This document shows, piece after piece, positions 26,228 through 40,813 of a stretch of 64,000 bases of DNA. The DNA is from the human T2T-CHM13v2.0 reference genome, Homo sapiens. Every line of letters starts with the position of its first letter. Positions within the stretch are counted from its first letter, which is position 1. The stretch lies in the NCBI RefSeq assembly GCF_009914755.1, contig NC_060937.1; one strand, 5' to 3'. The position numbers and the translations under genes were made by a program. Under the pieces are notes generated by a model, which worked only from the letters and a program-made list of their open reading frames with translations, made no database searches and was not told the origin of the DNA.

Positions 26228-28084
26228 AATACATCCTGTCAGCATTTAAGGAGCTCTAAGGAGCTACGAAAAGAGCCACTGTTGAGTATTGGTCCTATAA
26301 TTATTGTCCCAGAATGTTGCTTTATAAGCATAATATAATGAATTAAATACTGTTATATCAAAAACAACTAGACACTATCCTTCAGGTACAGAGCATAGGA
26401 AAACACACAAACAATAATCTAAATTAACTCCCCAAGCCAAAGGGTAAAGCCAGCTTCAGTGAAAGGCTTAAGAATATTGCTTTGTTCATTAAGGAATGTA
26501 GGGAAAATGACAGACATTGGCTGTACTGCTTGTTTTAAGAAAACCTCTTCTCTGCTGGAGACACGGGTTGCACAGGTCCAAGTCAGTCATTGCCACTGGA
26601 GACCATAAGCTCGATAAGTTTACCACCATCAAGCAGAGTGTTGAGTGAAGCAGAAAACCCGCCTGATTTTTCTATTTGTCAGCAATGTTAAAGATTAAAT
26701 GGGAATAAGCTGGAGGCATTTTCTTTGCGGGCAAGGAGAAAACTATCTAGTCTCTGTCTGTTACTCTGTTTGTCTTTATTTTTGCTCTCACCTGGAAACT
26801 TTGATGTCAAAAATATTATCAATTTCAAAACAGTGTGATAACCAGGCAACATACACTTAAATGATTCCTTTTATAAGAAATAGCTATGTGTCCTTTTTCT
26901 GAAGGAAAAAAAACACTCTGATTTTACTGGGATTAGACAGTCGGCACATAATACAGTCACTTAGAAACTTTCCTTCCTCACACACAAATGCAATATAAAA
27001 TAGCTTCAAACAAAGAGATCAAGTGCTGCTAACTAAAGATATCTTCCCAATGCCCAAATCCTTTGCCAACGGTTACATGTCCTTTAAAATCTGTTCTGAA
27101 AGATAATCTTTTGTCTTATGTCATGGATGCAAGCTATAACCATGCAGAGATTTTACTTTTGTTATTTGCCTTAAAAACACTGCAAGCCATTTTGCTTTCT
27201 AATTTATGATACAAGTTTGAAGCATCTAGATTTGATTCAAGGCTCTCTTATAAAGTTTTCTTTTTTGCCATTGCTGTTAGGAAACGTCCTAGCTAAACTT
27301 TCAGCCAGTTTCCATCTTTTCGTTTTTAAATTTTGACTTGAGCTTTGACTGGCCAAAAACCTATGCCACGTGAGACAACAGAGTGCCCCCCGCCCGCCGC
27401 CCCTGCCCCGTTCTCTGCCTCACAGGTGATGGAGCGCGCTCAGGATGTGTTTCGTTACCCTTGCAATAGCAACACTTACACTCAGGTCTTTGCTTCAGAG
27501 ATAAACACTTTTGAGCATCTTCTCTCATTTTCAAATTGGTTGGAATAATGAACAAGGTTCAGAAAATTCTTTAACTGGACGAGATCCCAGGTCCCTGAAA
27601 TTTCCCGAACACTTATCTCCTTCCTCACCTTCTGGCTCCCTCTGACATTCTATCAGGTGGGCAGAGTCCAGCTCTGCCTGGCATAGAGCCAGGGCCCAGC
27701 ACATCCTAACTGCTCAGTATATATTTGCCAAATACACACACAGATTAACATAAATTATTTTTGATAATAACCTTTTTTATTGTTTACATTATAGATTTTT
27801 ATGGTAACATAAAACATACATACAGAACAACACCCAGCACAAAGGTATGGCTGAGTGAAACATCGCAAGGGGGATATTCCCCATCAGGGTGTGGAGACAG
27901 AACTTTGGTAGAGCCCTCAGAAGCGCTGCCATGGGGCCTTTTGAAACTTCCCAAAGACCTCTTCTGCATCCTCATTTTTGTGGTAGTCACTTCCTTGCAT
28001 TTCTTTATGGTTTAATCACCCAAGCATGGACCCCTACAAGCTACTGTTTAAGATTGCTCACTAAAAATGTTTTTAAAAACTAGA

Positions 28085-28467
28085 TGATATGATTTGGCTC
28101 TGTGTACCCACCCAAACCTCATGTTGAATGGTAATGTGCAATGTCGGAGGAGGGAGCGGCTGGGAGATGACTGGATCATGGGGACAGACTTCCCCCTTGC
28201 TGTTCCTGTGATAGTGAGTGAGTTCTCACGAGATCTGATTGTCTAGAAGTGTCTAGCACCTCCCCCTGCTTTCTATTCCTCCTGCTCCAGCCATGTAGGA
28301 CATACCCTCTTCTCCTTCGCCTTCTGCCATGATTGTAAGTTTCCTGAGGCCTTCCAGCCATGCTTCTTGTACAGACTTCAGAACTGTGAGTCAATTAAAT
28401 CTCTTTTCTTCATAAATTACCCAGTTTCAGTATGCTCTTTATAGCAATGTGAGAATGAACTAATACA
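28085..28467 (+). mobile_element. MaLR solo LTR, MSTA, with 5-bp TSD
   Basis: TGATATGATTTGGCTCTGTG start, AACTAATACA end, perfect TSD CTAGA at 28080-28084 and 28468-28472. Confidence 0.93.
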
Positions 28468-28479
28468 CTAGACTTGTCC

Positions 28480-29560
28480 TTTAAGTCTCTTTCACGTTAC
28501 CTTCCACAGCCCTTTATTTGCCTTATAATTTATCTGCTGAGAATTCTGGACATAGTATCTGACAGTACCATCTCCTTCAGCCTGTTTTTTGCTGATTGTA
28601 CGTTCCTTGTGCAACTCAATTCACCTCTCTACCTTTTGTTTTTCCTGCAGATTGACAGCAGTATCCAGAGACTTGATGAGACTCAGGTTTGATCCCTTCG
28701 GCAAGAGTATGGGTGCCACTCTATTGTTTCATCAGAAAGCAAAAAATATTGACATTTCATTCATTTTTGGTGGTAGTGCTGTTTATGGTCAAAGCCTACA
28801 CCTATTCTTTCACAAGGGTTGCAAAAGAATGATATCCTAATTCTATCTTTTTTAAAACTATCTGGAATGATTTTTAAAAAAAATTTCTTCTCTTTTTTTT
28901 ATTATCTAATGCTACATTTAGCATTTTAAAAGCAAGTACAAGTGCCTGATTCTTTTCTTGCATTTACCTAGTTTTCAAGACAATGAATTTTTCCCTGTCA
29001 TCTTCAAAATGCGACTAGTTGTTAATTTTTAATATCATTAAGAACTTATGAATTTAAACCTATCTGTTGGGTTTCAGTTCATTAAAATTTTTATCCCTTT
29101 CGAAGCTCAAATTGTCCCATATTTGGTCAAAGGGGCCTTTTAAAATAAACTCCTGAGTCTTTGAAGTGAGTCTACAAATCTTTGATAGCTTCCTTATTAT
29201 CTGGTATGTCAAGATGTTCCGACTCTGTTCTTTTAATGGAAAATGACAATTCAAGGCCACAGTCTTGGCATTAAGGACATTCATTGCTGTCTGGTTAGTC
29301 ATTATTGTTAGGCCTTTTCAATAGAAAAAGCTAGGAATAATAGACAGGTAGATATGTAACTTAATTATCTATTTAAAGATAAAATACTTCTTGAGGACCT
29401 ACCAATGTTTTTGATTTAAACTTCAAGTCAAAGCATTCATATTTCTCCTCTTCTAATTAAATATCTAACTTCATTCTTTAATACCAAGAATCCTGGCTCT
29501 CAAAGACACAGAGGTTAATTTATAATATCCCCAAAGGGTTCACTGCTTTCCCACATTGCA
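28480..29560 (-). mobile_element. L1MC4/5-like 3' fragment
   Basis: GCTCAAATTGTCCCATATTTGG...CTCCTGAGTCTTT antisense L1MC motif. Confidence 0.65.
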
Positions 29561-30935
29561 CAAATAAGCCTCAGAATAACAGTACTAGGCTACTACCACT
29601 GAGTTTGATTATTAAAAATAGTTTAAATATAAGTATGTATGCTCATTGTCTCTCCAATTTTTATCTTGTACTTTTCTACATTGTCATGTCTTGTAACCAT
29701 TTCATACTATGCTGTCTCTTTTATCCATTTAGTATTAGTTCCACCAGTAAGTATACACTTATTTCTCTCTACTTAGAATAATGTCAATTTATCTGCAGTC
29801 ATTTTGGCTTTCTGAAGTTTACTCTCTAGGTGATTCTGTAGGAAGAAGTCAGGAAAGAAAATTCCCTAGATTATTAAACGTTGACAATTGTTTGTCTGGG
29901 GTTTGTGTACTCGAAGGCCAGTTTTGCTAGTTATAAAATCCTTGGCTCACATTTTTCTTTACCGTGGGTATTTTAAACATGTTACTCCATTTTCTTCTGG
30001 CATAAAACATTGGTGTCTTAAAAAAAAAAAAAAGCTGATGATAATCTAATTTTCTTTTCTATATAAGCCATGTCTTATTTTGCCTAGATAGTCATCAAAT
30101 TATTATTGTTCTTTTTCTGTAAAATTTAGTAATTTTACTAGTATATGTCTTAGTTTAGTTGTTTCACTTGATATTCCCTGGTTTATAATGAGTTATTTTG
30201 ATTTATTGTTTCAAATCTATTTCTTAATTGAAAGTTATTGATCACAAATTTTAGTATTTGTCATTATCTGTTGTTTTGACTGCACACATCAATCTCCTAT
30301 TCAGTTGTCTTTATCTGTTTTAAGTGTTTGTCACTTTCATGCTTTCACTTATCTTCATTGTCTTTTTAATTTTTTTCCTTTTTTAACTTCTGCTTCTCCT
30401 AAGGCAATATAAGTTGTGTCCATTCAACCTTTTTTTTAAGTCTGTATTTCTAAAATTTTCATTTTGTATTTATATTATTTCTTAAAATTTTCACCTCATT
30501 GCTGAAATGTTGGCAATTATGATTTATGTTCTTTTATGTCTCATATCTTTTTTTAAACCTCTTATCTTATTCTGAAATTATACTTTACAATTTTGCTGTT
30601 TTCTCAGGATGTCTTTTTATCTTGTTTTCGTTGTTTACCAAGATGTTATTCTACTTCTTATTCTCTTTTTTCTTAAAGTAACTTTGTATGGAATTTGACC
30701 TCCATGCTTTCCTGTTGCTTTTACGTAAATTTAATTTTCCTGGATTTTTAGAAAGAGGCTTGTTTCAAATAGCTTTTTTATTATCTTGTAAAGAACTCCC
30801 TTTTATGTTGTTTTGTATCATTTTTAAAAATACAGCAGCTTGCTTTTTGACATGTCATGTCCCTATTCCTCTCCTCCACTTTCTCTTTCTTTCTTTTCCA
30901 TGGTCATTTTCTCGCTCAGTTATAATCCTCTAAGC

Positions 30936-31806
30936 TGGGGTCCCCGATCCCCAGGCGGCGGACTGGTATGGTCTGTGTCCTGCTAGGAACTGGGCACACA
31001 GCAGGAGGTGAGCGTCGGGCCAGAGAGCATGACCGCCTGAGCTCCGCCTCCTGTCAGATCCCAGAGAGCATGACCGCCTGAGCTCCGCCTCCTGTCAGAT
31101 CCCAGACAGCATGACCGCCTGAGCTCCGCCTCCTGTCAGATCCCAGACAGCATGACCGCCTGAGCTCCGCCTCCTGTCAGATCCCAGACAGCATGACCGC
31201 CTGAGCTCCGCCTCCTGTCAGATCCCAGACAGCATGACCGCCTGAGCTCCGCCTCCTGTCAGATCCCAGAGAGCATGACCGCCTGAGCTCCGCCTCCTGT
31301 CAGATCCCAGACAGCATGACCGCCTGAGCTCCGCCTCCTGTCAGATCCCAGACAGCATGACCGCCTGAGCTCCGCCTCCTGTCAGATCCCAGACAGCATG
31401 ACCGCCTGAGCTCCGCCTCCTGTCAGATCCCAGACAGCATGACCGCCTGAGCTCCGCCTCCTGTCAGATCCCAGACAGCATGACCGCCTGAGCTCCGCCT
31501 CCTGTCAGATCCCAGACAGCATGACCGCCTGAGCTCCGCCTCCTGTCAGATCCCAGACAGCATGACCGCCTGAGCTCCGCCTCCTGTCAGATCCCAGACA
31601 GCATGACCGCCTGAGCTCCGCCTCCTGTCAGATCAGTGGGCATTCAATTCTTATAGAAGCAGGAACCCTGTTGTAAACTGTGCATTCGAGGTTTTCTGCT
31701 CCTTATGAGAATCTAAGGCCTGATGATCTGAGGTGGAATAGCTTCATCCTGAAACCATCCCCTCCACGAAACTGGCCCCTGATGCCAAAAAGTTTGGGGA
31801 CTGCTG
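30936..31806 (+). mobile_element. MER1B hAT-Charlie MITE with internal minisatellite expansion
   Basis: Terminal inverted repeats GGGGTCCCC... / ...GGGGACTGCTG, MER1B internal sequence, 8-bp TSD CTCTAAGC at 30928-30935 and 31807-31814. Confidence 0.92.
31020..31634. repeat. Minisatellite, 15 x 41 bp (CCAGASAGCATGACCGCCTGAGCTCCGCCTCCTGTCAGATC)
   Basis: 615 bp / 41 = 15 head-to-tail units; one variable base (G in units 1, 2 and 7, C elsewhere). Confidence 0.98.
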
Positions 31807-32559
31807 CTCTAAGCAATTTTCCTCAGTTCAGCACTCTACCCTGGAAGGATGCCCTGGAAGACTAGTTTCAGGAGTTAATAAGGTCCAGACCCAGCCTCTC
31901 TGGACTTACCACAGACCCCTTGCATGCAGACTCAGAAAAATCCTGTTTGAGTTGCTACCTCCAAATTGGCACATCTCCCTTTCTCTGTCTATTGGCTCTT
32001 TGGGGACCCTTGTGTCCACCTCCCTGGGGGTCCTTGTGTCATGTCTACATCCCCGGGGGTCCTTGTGTCTACATACCTAGTGCTCTCTGACATTCCTCTC
32101 CATATAGGTGCTGGCAACACATGACCTGGTGGGCATTGCTGGCTTGCTCCAGAGACTTGTAAGTGATCTTTCAGGGGATATCTTACTGTTTTATTTTATT
32201 GAAAATGTTGATGTTGTTGATTGACTTTTTTTGGAGGGAGAGAAAAATCTAATGGCTGTTTTTATAGAGGGATTCAGGAACGTCCAAAACTATGCTGGCA
32301 CCACCAACACCATCCTTTTAGAACTCCTGGTGCTCATTTTTCAAAATCTTCTAATTAGCTCATAGATTTATCTCGCTGCCTGAGCCACATCCTGGATTCT
32401 TTTAGGAGTGAGGAATTTAACACAAATCTTCTGTTTTATGTTCGCTTAGGGTAAGTCTAGTGTGTATGGCTCAATAAATGTGAATTATTAAATACATTAA
32501 GTTAATGGAAATTTAGAGCCTGTAGGAATTTTAAAGGTTAACTAGACTAATGTTTTCCA

Positions 32560-34520
<1,961 letters not shown>

Positions 34521-35444
34521 TTTCAGACTTAATTCCCTTGTGACAAGGGCAACAAAGAAAATCTGTCACTCGACAGTTCTGAAAAAGTTAATGGCTAAAC
34601 GTGACTTCCTCTCCTAAGGCCGCACCTCCCTCTTGCTCTCATCTTGTCTGTCTTCCTCACACCTTGTGAGTAAACATTTATACAATTATCCTAAACCAAT
34701 AGCACTTTCAAGCAGAGAAACTCCTTTTTATGAGGTCTTTGTACAAAGTAAAGAAAATAATAATTATTATTTACAAATATTAACTCCGCTAAATTCTGAT
34801 GGTTTTTCAAATCTTAGCCATGAAATTTTAAATCAGCAGTGATAACTGAGGCTTAAACTTGTAACTGGCTCCTGTGCACAGAAACACCAAGCCAGTGATT
34901 TTTGTGATGGTAGAAGCTAGTTTTTTCAGTTGAAGACTGTGATTACAGCCAAACAGTCTTTATGAGATTTGATAATGCACATTATAGGTAAATTGAAAAT
35001 AGTGGCAAATTCATTGATCCCATTACAGTTTTCCATTGCTGGCATAAACTATTTGACTTGAAAACTAAAGTGTGCAATGGTTCCTATTTACCTGCCCATA
35101 GGAGATAGAAAATGCTATTAGGCTATGACAAACTTTTTTATTGACATAAAATGTATAACTATGTGATATGGTCACAGAGATTTAGGTCAAATGTGACTGA
35201 TGAAGAAACAGGTCTGAGGTACTCAGGAAGGAACAGAAGGCCCCAGGCTGGAGTCTGCTGAATATATATCTGCAAGTTAGGCACACTTTTCTTCCAGAAA
35301 TCTTCTCTTTTTTTAATAAAAGGGATAATCTGGATAACAGGAAACTAGTGAGGATAGGGTGATTGATGATTTATCTGATATTAATATAGACTCCAAAATC
35401 CCTCTTAGTTCACTAAATGAAAGGCCATTATGAGCATCAGCATC

Positions 35445-35560
35445 ATATTAGCTAATAATTACTGTGCATATTCACTTTACCTACAGATTTCATTTCATTA
35501 TCACAACTACCCTTGGAGGTAGTTATTCTTATTATCCTAATTTTACAGATGAAGAAATAA
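35445..35560 (-). mobile_element. MIR fragment
   Basis: ATTATCCTAATTTTACAGATGAAGAAA antisense MIR core. Confidence 0.75.
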
Positions 35561-36283
35561 GAAATATTTATTTTACTAAGCACTTTAAACATAGTAAGTC
35601 ATTTAACAAGACAATTTTAAGTGTCAATTATGGAGTATTAAGAACTATATGAGGCTTTCTAACATGCTGGGGTTTTTTTTAAATCTGGTAAAGTATTCCT
35701 CATTGAAATGATATGGATGTTGGACACACTTTTTAACTGTCAGGCCCCTGTTGTTATACTACAGAATGTCTCGATTTCAGAATAATATATTGTTCTGAAA
35801 TGTTTTCTCCATCAGTATTGTAAGTTTCTGATTATTCTTGTCAAATTTCCTAACTACTGACCATCCTGGGGAACTTCTCATGGCATGATCATTCGACAGT
35901 TACACAGAGGCAGACATAACTAAGAATGTAAAGTTAATAAGTAAAAATGGAGAAAGAGACCTACTGCCATAATGGGCATACCTGTCAGGTTGAAGCATTG
36001 CAATACCTGGATGAAGGTGTGCATTCTAATTTGGAATTATGGCCCAGAAAATATGACTGATTTAGTTAAAAGCAAGGGATAATATCCACAACCAAGCCAG
36101 TGGAGAGAAGAGAGCACACGAAAGGGTTGAGACAACTCCACCTAATCACAGCTGGCAATACTGCAGTCAAATCTTTCATTTGATTTTGTCTTAATTTCTC
36201 TTAATTTGTGTCTGTGCTGTATCACTAAGGGTAACCTTACTTGACATTAAAGAGATGATAAATGAAGGTTCTACAATTCTTGA

Positions 36284-36855
<572 letters not shown>

Positions 36856-38539
36856 TTGGATAGAATTTGGGATTGAAATTCACCACATCCCCGGCATTTT
36901 ACCAGATGCTTCCTCCAGCACATGCAGTATTATTAAATACATGTTTCCCCTTTTCTTTTGCTCTCAAGAATCCCTGTAAACTGCTGCTCACCTGGGCACA
37001 TGGCTATGACTAAATCGCCCCTCTGACGCACTAATGAATGGAAACAGCAGAATCATCACTCTCTTCCTTTCAAAAATGAGGCAAGCCTAGACACAAGCAG
37101 AGAATACTGACACCCTGAAGATTAAATACAATGTCCACCTATTTCCCAATTAAGGTGACCACTCACAAAATAGAACCACAGCAGCCCCAGACCTGGCCTC
37201 TCAGGCAAGCGGGGCTGACCCTCCCACCCCGCTCTCCCTGCTGCCCCTCATCTCTCGGAAACTGTACATTTCCATCAAGCTGGAGACCTCTCTTCTCTCC
37301 TGATGGTGTCATCAAGTGCTATAATGTACACGTATCGTATTTGCCAGGGATCGCTTAGCAACAGAACCCTGTGTTCTGCCAATTTGCTTTTCATGCTGAC
37401 AACCTAGATTTCACAGAAGTTGTGTTTTCTAGAAGGCTTTACAGACCGGAAAGGGTGACAAAGGGATGTCTCATCGCAGATGCAGACAGAGACTGGCCCT
37501 GGCCGCCCCTGTTTATGATTTCTGGGGATATTTTAGATGCTATAATGGCACAGTATTCAAAAACAATTTATTTTTAATCTCCGGCTATTAATCACAGTAG
37601 ATTGACGTCAGTTAGCTCATAAAGCTGAGGATATAAAGTGCTGTATTTGTGAAGAAATATCAACTTGATTTTAGCCACAAACATTAAAAGCTAGCATAAA
37701 ACTAATATATTGCCAATGGGGTGTTCATAGTGCATTAGCGATGTCTGCTCACCTTGCAAAAAATGTTATTTTATTGGAGAAACATTCATTTTGAGAACTT
37801 AGACTTTTCCTGTGGGGTAAAGGGGACAGCATAGAATCTGAGGTGATTTTATCTTTGTCCTTCCACTTGTCTTTACTCATGCTGTGTGGGGAGAGGAGGC
37901 AAATAATGTAGCACACATTGCAAAGCAGAATAATGTTACCAATGTTTGAATGTAATAAATGCTTCTCATTTTAATGCTGGCCTTATAAAATAATTTAATA
38001 TGTATGATTTATTTTAAAAGAGTATCTAACCAGGGCAATAACAAAGTACACAATGGATTATGGAGCGTTGTTCCCTCTAAAGAAGTCACTGCTTCTCATT
38101 AATTATTCTCCATATATACTATAATAACTAATACGATTAATATATAATAATATAATTAAGCCAATTCATTGGCTGATGATAGTTTAATCTATTTTCCCTC
38201 ATATTTCTTCATGAGATTATGTGAGTTTGAATTAAACATGGGTGAATTGGTTTAAAATTATGCACCAATTTTCCAGAATTTCTCACCCCAGCCATTGCAA
38301 TAAATGAACTGAATTTCCCGCAGGTAAGTTTCCAGACCAATTACATTTTTCTCATACTTCTCTTTTGAGGTATTTGGGGCTAAATTATGAAATGAGTTAT
38401 TTTATGTTCAGACGGTCTGCAGCTTACAGAAATTAATGGACTGGTGGTGGTTTAATAGCAAGCTGATTGGCAAGCTGGTCTTTGTTATTTGTTCTAGTGT
38501 GTGCTCTAAAGGACCCCAGCACTCAAATTGTTTCTGCTC

Positions 38540-38642
38540 TTCATTCATTCAGCATTTACTTAAGGAGCATCTATTATGTCCCAAACATTAGAGAGAAGCA
38601 GAAATGTAGTAAGAATCAAGTTCTCCTAGAGCTTACATTCCA
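38540..38642 (-). mobile_element. L2 3' end fragment
   Basis: TTCATTCATTCAGCATTTACTT...GAGCATCTATTATGT...GAGCTTACATTC. Confidence 0.7.
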
Positions 38643-39528
38643 CTTGGCCACGAAAGGAAGGGTGTTGCCTCTCCAAAAAATAAATGAGTGAATAATCCCC
38701 AGGGTAAATTCAAAGAGCGGCGAGGACTCGGAAGAGGACAATACAGCGTAACACTGATGTGGCCATGCTCACGTGGCAAAGGGTGTCATGGCTTGGACTG
38801 GCTATAAGCTTTTAGAATGTGCTTCACAAAAACGCTCTTCCTCTCCTGACCGCATCCTGGTGGGTTTCTTGGAAGCACACGTTTACAACTGCAGGCTTGT
38901 CCTCTACCATTTGAACTTTCTAAATGGTAACACTAGATCCACGATAAAAACATGAAGTACCCCACTCACAGAAGTTGATTTTGTGAGCATAATATCTTTG
39001 TTCTGTCTCTGCCTTTGAAAAAAGATAAAAGACAAAAAGTTTTCTTTCTACACATCATATAAGGAATGCATTGTGAAAGTTACCTAAGCTTCTAGGGCAC
39101 AGTTGGTTTCAATTATGTCTTCAGTGTTTCAGGGAAAAGTCTCGATTTTATTGTTCCTGCTTTAGTAATTAAACCTTGGTGGGTATTTATTCCATGCTTT
39201 TGGATTGAAGTAAAGAGAGCTCCACTGGAGGCAGGAAGATGTTCAGAAAGAGAAAAACCCAAGAGTGGTCCACCTAGGGCTGACTTATTAAAGAACCACC
39301 TGTCTAGGGACCTGTGGAGAGTGTGTCACATGAATTCCTATCAACCTGAGTCTGGATGTGAGGTGGCACAGGAAGCAGTATGCCCTCTTGGCTTATTCAG
39401 TACCCAAAATCTGACAGAAAATAAATGTGGATAATTTGTATACATTTTTAAAATAAATGAGGATAAAAATGAAAGCAGAGAAGGTGAGAGGGAAAGGAGA
39501 AAACATCTCGTTTTCTGCCTCTGTCTCT

Positions 39529-39531
<3 letters not shown>

Positions 39532-39594
<63 letters not shown>
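39532..39594. repeat. Compound (TC)n(CA)n microsatellite
   Basis: Directly visible. Confidence 0.97.
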
Positions 39595-39595
<1 letters not shown>

Positions 39596-39744
39596 CCTTA
39601 TTAACAGGCTTCAAGCCATTAAGCAAGCTGAAAATGGTTGAAATAATAACTATATGAAATGTTTCTAGTTTTTCAAGTTGGAGCTGGTGGCATGGTGGTG
39701 TTAATATTCCCAAGAGAAAAACTGTTCTAATTCTTTAGCTCTTG

Positions 39745-39970
39745 GAGAGGAGTATGAGTGGTTTAGGGTGCAGGCTTTGAAGTCACACAGATCAAGGTTT
39801 AAAACCCAACTTTGATTCTTCCTCACTGTGTCAACCTGGACAAGTTAGTTTATCCTGCAAAGCTTTGGTGTCTACAAACACAAATCAGCAGGAGAGAGGT
39901 TTCCACCATATAAGGTCTTTGTGAGCACGTAGGGAGTATTGCACATGTGGTTCCTGAACACAGGGCTTGG
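39745..39970 (+). mobile_element. MIR
   Basis: GTGGTTTAGGGTGCAGGCTTTGAAGTCACACAGA...CACTGTGTCAACCTGGACAAGTTA. Confidence 0.7.
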
Positions 39971-40259
39971 TGGAGAGTGCCACCGAGTCAGTGACAGCTT
40001 CTTCTCTGTCTCTACATTGGGGCAGTTCAGGCTCAGGGTCTTGCCCCTCCAGGTTGGATAACAGCTGCTATGAATTTATCTTGGTTGTCCCATTAAAGCC
40101 ATTTGAATCTAGGAACACAAATACAACTATTATAAAGCAGTCGTGGGAATGGGAGAGTCAAACATAAGGCCCAATCCATTCTTGTTTTTCACAGTAGCCA
40201 CATTCTACAGAGTCAGGCAAAGGCAGAGTTAGTGGACACCGAAGCTTTGCTCCTGAGTA

Positions 40260-40813
40260 AGTACAGGGTTAGGTTTCTGTGAGCCTCTGGTCACGTTTTT
40301 ATCAACTGATCAATACATAACCTGGTTTTCTGTGTGTGCCTGTTTAAAGACACCTCACTTAGTATATGTTGTTGGCTCATTAGCACTGGATCACGCCAAA
40401 CAGCACCGTCACTCACGCCCTGGCACAGTTCGTCTCACAGGCCGATTCTCTCTGTCAGATGCGTTGCAGCCTCCTTGCTCTTCTGAACATTCAGTAGCAA
40501 TTCAGCACAGTGCACAGAGGCCATTTTAAACAGCAAAATCACCAACAAAAAGCATGCAAATGTGAAACACAAGGCACCCAGTAGACCATGGCAAGGACGT
40601 CGGTTCACAGTACGGGCTGAAACAAGAAAGCTGAGCCCCTGTGTACTACAGCTGGGAATGTGCAGGCTGGGGGTCTCCAAGTGTGGGCTACTTTCTTTTT
40701 CGCCATGAAGAACTACAAAAGCACCAAGAGTATTCATTTGGGTGTTTACAAATAAACTTTGGTGAGTAGGCAAATTCACAAATACAGAATCCACGAGTAA
40801 TGAGAATCAACTG
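40260..40813 (-). mobile_element. TcMar-Tigger DNA transposon derivative (MER82-like)
   Basis: Ends ...GTAGGCAAATTCACAAATACAGAATCCACGAGTAATGAGAATCAACTG followed by TA; internal GGCCATTTTAAACAGCAAAATCACCAACAAAAAGCA. Confidence 0.75.

Larger units (their letters stand above)
29570..32330 (-). mobile_element. HAL1 (half-L1, ORF1-only element) remnant, interrupted by MER1B
   Basis: GAAGGCCAGTTTTGCTAGTTATAAAATCCTTGGCTCACATTTTTC...CTCCATTTTCTTCTGGCAT matches the recalled antisense HAL1 consensus; similarity resumes after 31814. Confidence 0.65.

Noticed and set aside
31020-31634. CRISPR-like array of 41-bp repeats
   Set aside because: Units are head-to-tail with no unique spacers, derive from MER1B, and there are no cas genes; the DNA is primate.
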